The translations under genes were made by a program, and so were the position numbers. Below, piece by piece: positions 62,848-64,000 of a stretch of 64,000 nt of DNA; within the stretch, counting starts at the first letter, position 1, and each line of letters opens with the position of its first letter. The notes under the pieces are model-generated. The model did no database searches, was not told the origin of the DNA, and saw only the letters and a list, made by a program, of their open reading frames with translations. The stretch is from Roseibacillus persicicus (GTDB lineage: Bacteria; Verrucomicrobiota; Verrucomicrobiia; Verrucomicrobiales; Akkermansiaceae). The stretch spans positions 89,695-153,694 of the forward strand of contig NZ_BMXI01000002.1 in assembly GCF_014651675.1 (NCBI RefSeq). The letters are read 5' to 3'.

Positions 62848-62935
62848 GATTGGGAGAACAGGTAGTTCCAGCAGCAGTCTCCTGCGGAATGGGGCCTTTG
62901 CAAAATGGAAAGTCACCCCAATTTTGGAATCGGGT

Positions 62936-63880
62936 CTAAACCGGGACGGGGGTGTCGGCGAGAATCTGCTCCACGATGGAGATGTTGGTGAGTCCGGCGA
63001 ACTTGGCGTCGGGCTCGAGGACCAGACGGTGTGCGATGACGGGGACTGCCAGCTTCTGGATGAGTTCGGGAGTCACGAAGTCCTGGCCATTGAGGAGGGC
63101 CATGGCTTGGGCGGTATGCATGAGCGCCAGCGAGGCCCGCGGAGAGGCGGGCAGCTTGACTTTGTCTGCCTTGCGGGTGGCATTGACCAGACTAACGATA
63201 TAGTGCCGAACCTCGTCGGTGATGGTGACAGCCCTTGCCAGTTTGCGCACAGCCAGAAGGTCCTCCCGGCTGCAAACAGAGGTCAGCTGGTCCAAGGGGT
63301 GGGCCGTCTGCTGCTCGGTCAGGAGGGCGACTTCCTCTTCGACGGAGAGGTAGCCCAGGTCACACTGCATGGCGAAGCGGTCCATCTGGGCCTCGGGGAG
63401 GGGGTAGGTGCCTCGGAATTCGACCGGGTTCTGGGTGGCTACTACGAAAAAGAGTTCTCCCAAGTCATAATGGCGGCCTTCAATGGTGGTCTGACCCTCT
63501 GCCATCGCTTCGAGCAGGGCCGATTGGGTCCGGGGGGAAGCGCGGTTGATCTCGTCGGCGAGGAGGAGGTCGGTGAAGATGGGGCCGTGGTGAAAGCTAA
63601 ACTCGGATTTGGAGGGGTCAAAGATGGAAACCCCGAGCACGTCGGAAGGAAGGAGGTCGGGGGTGAACTGGAGGCGCTTGAAGCTCATCCCGCCCACCGC
63701 TTGGGCCAATGCTTTGGCGAGGGTGGTTTTTCCTGTGCCGGGGTAGTCCTCGAGGAGCAGGTGACCGCCGCCGACCAAACAGGCCAGAACCTGGCGGACG
63801 GCCTCGTCTTGTCCCCGGATTACGGTGGAAATGGCGGCTTCGATTTGATGGAGGATGCTCGTGGCCTCGGCAGTCGTCAT
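62936..63880 (-). CDS. MoxR-family AAA+ ATPase
   Basis: GHLLLEDYPGTGKTTLAKALA, VATQNPVEFRGTYPLPEAQMDRF, 314 aa. Confidence 0.85.
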   Translation of the reverse strand: MTTAEATSILHQIEAAISTVIRGQDEAVRQVLACLVGGGHLLLEDYPGTGKTTLAKALAQAVGGMSFKRLQFTPDLLPSDVLGVSIFDPSKSEFSFHHGPIFTDLLLADEINRASPRTQSALLEAMAEGQTTIEGRHYDLGELFFVVATQNPVEFRGTYPLPEAQMDRFAMQCDLGYLSVEEEVALLTEQQTAHPLDQLTSVCSREDLLAVRKLARAVTITDEVRHYIVSLVNATRKADKVKLPASPRASLALMHTAQAMALLNGQDFVTPELIQKLAVPVIAHRLVLEPDAKFAGLTNISIVEQILADTPVPV

Positions 63881-64000
63881 GTGTGCGGGAAGCTTGGAGG
63901 CGTATCAGGGCCGGCGCAATGTCTTTTGGCTCCGAAGCTTGCGAAGTCAGGAGGAGTCGTTAGGTTGGGGGTTATGGCAAAGTTCATTTTTTCCCTGTTT

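Overview
This 64 kb window is a high-GC (~58-60%) bacterial chromosomal segment, almost entirely coding. I read about 60 protein genes and saw no rRNA, tRNA or CRISPR by eye. The family content suggests the Planctomycetes-Verrucomicrobia superphylum, probably a verrucomicrobium (inference). Supporting families: a DUF1559 prepilin-type pseudopilin, a PSCyt/DUF1549/DUF1553 CxxCH protein paired with a twin-arginine DUF1501 protein, many signal-peptide proteins of unknown function, and housekeeping genes scattered singly rather than in canonical clusters. Recognisable core genes are a Pgl-like lactonase, lpxA, mscL, lysS, tal, trpS, manC-manA, argB, a PLD/cls-like gene, vsr, murI, ilvC, a MoxR ATPase and fxsA. 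The accessory or unusual content is as follows. (i) An NfeD-flotillin pair is followed by an IS200/RAYT-like gene bracketed by perfect 60-bp inverted repeats, then by a 1,682-aa protein carrying one embedded dynein/MoxR-type AAA+ module between a beta-rich N-domain and about 750 aa of coiled coil. (ii) A second RAYT sits inside an array of five ~123-bp BIME-like REP units, with an extra half-unit downstream of argB. (iii) A ~4.6 kb lower-GC island between cls and murI carries an orphan vsr, a PD-(D/E)xK nuclease, a 5' vsr remnant, DUF2726-like and HNH nucleases, a second REP family and a G-rich direct-repeat border. (iv) A translationally coupled operon encodes a membrane-anchored helical protein, a DUF1559 pseudopilin, an ABC ATPase and an ABC-2 permease. 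(v) Five consecutive secreted proteins of unknown function form one cluster. (vi) Two tandem paralogous small tail-anchored proteins lie between murI and ilvC. The ORF track reports GTG/TTG starts as M. The genome yields many long antisense ORFs, listed under rejected.
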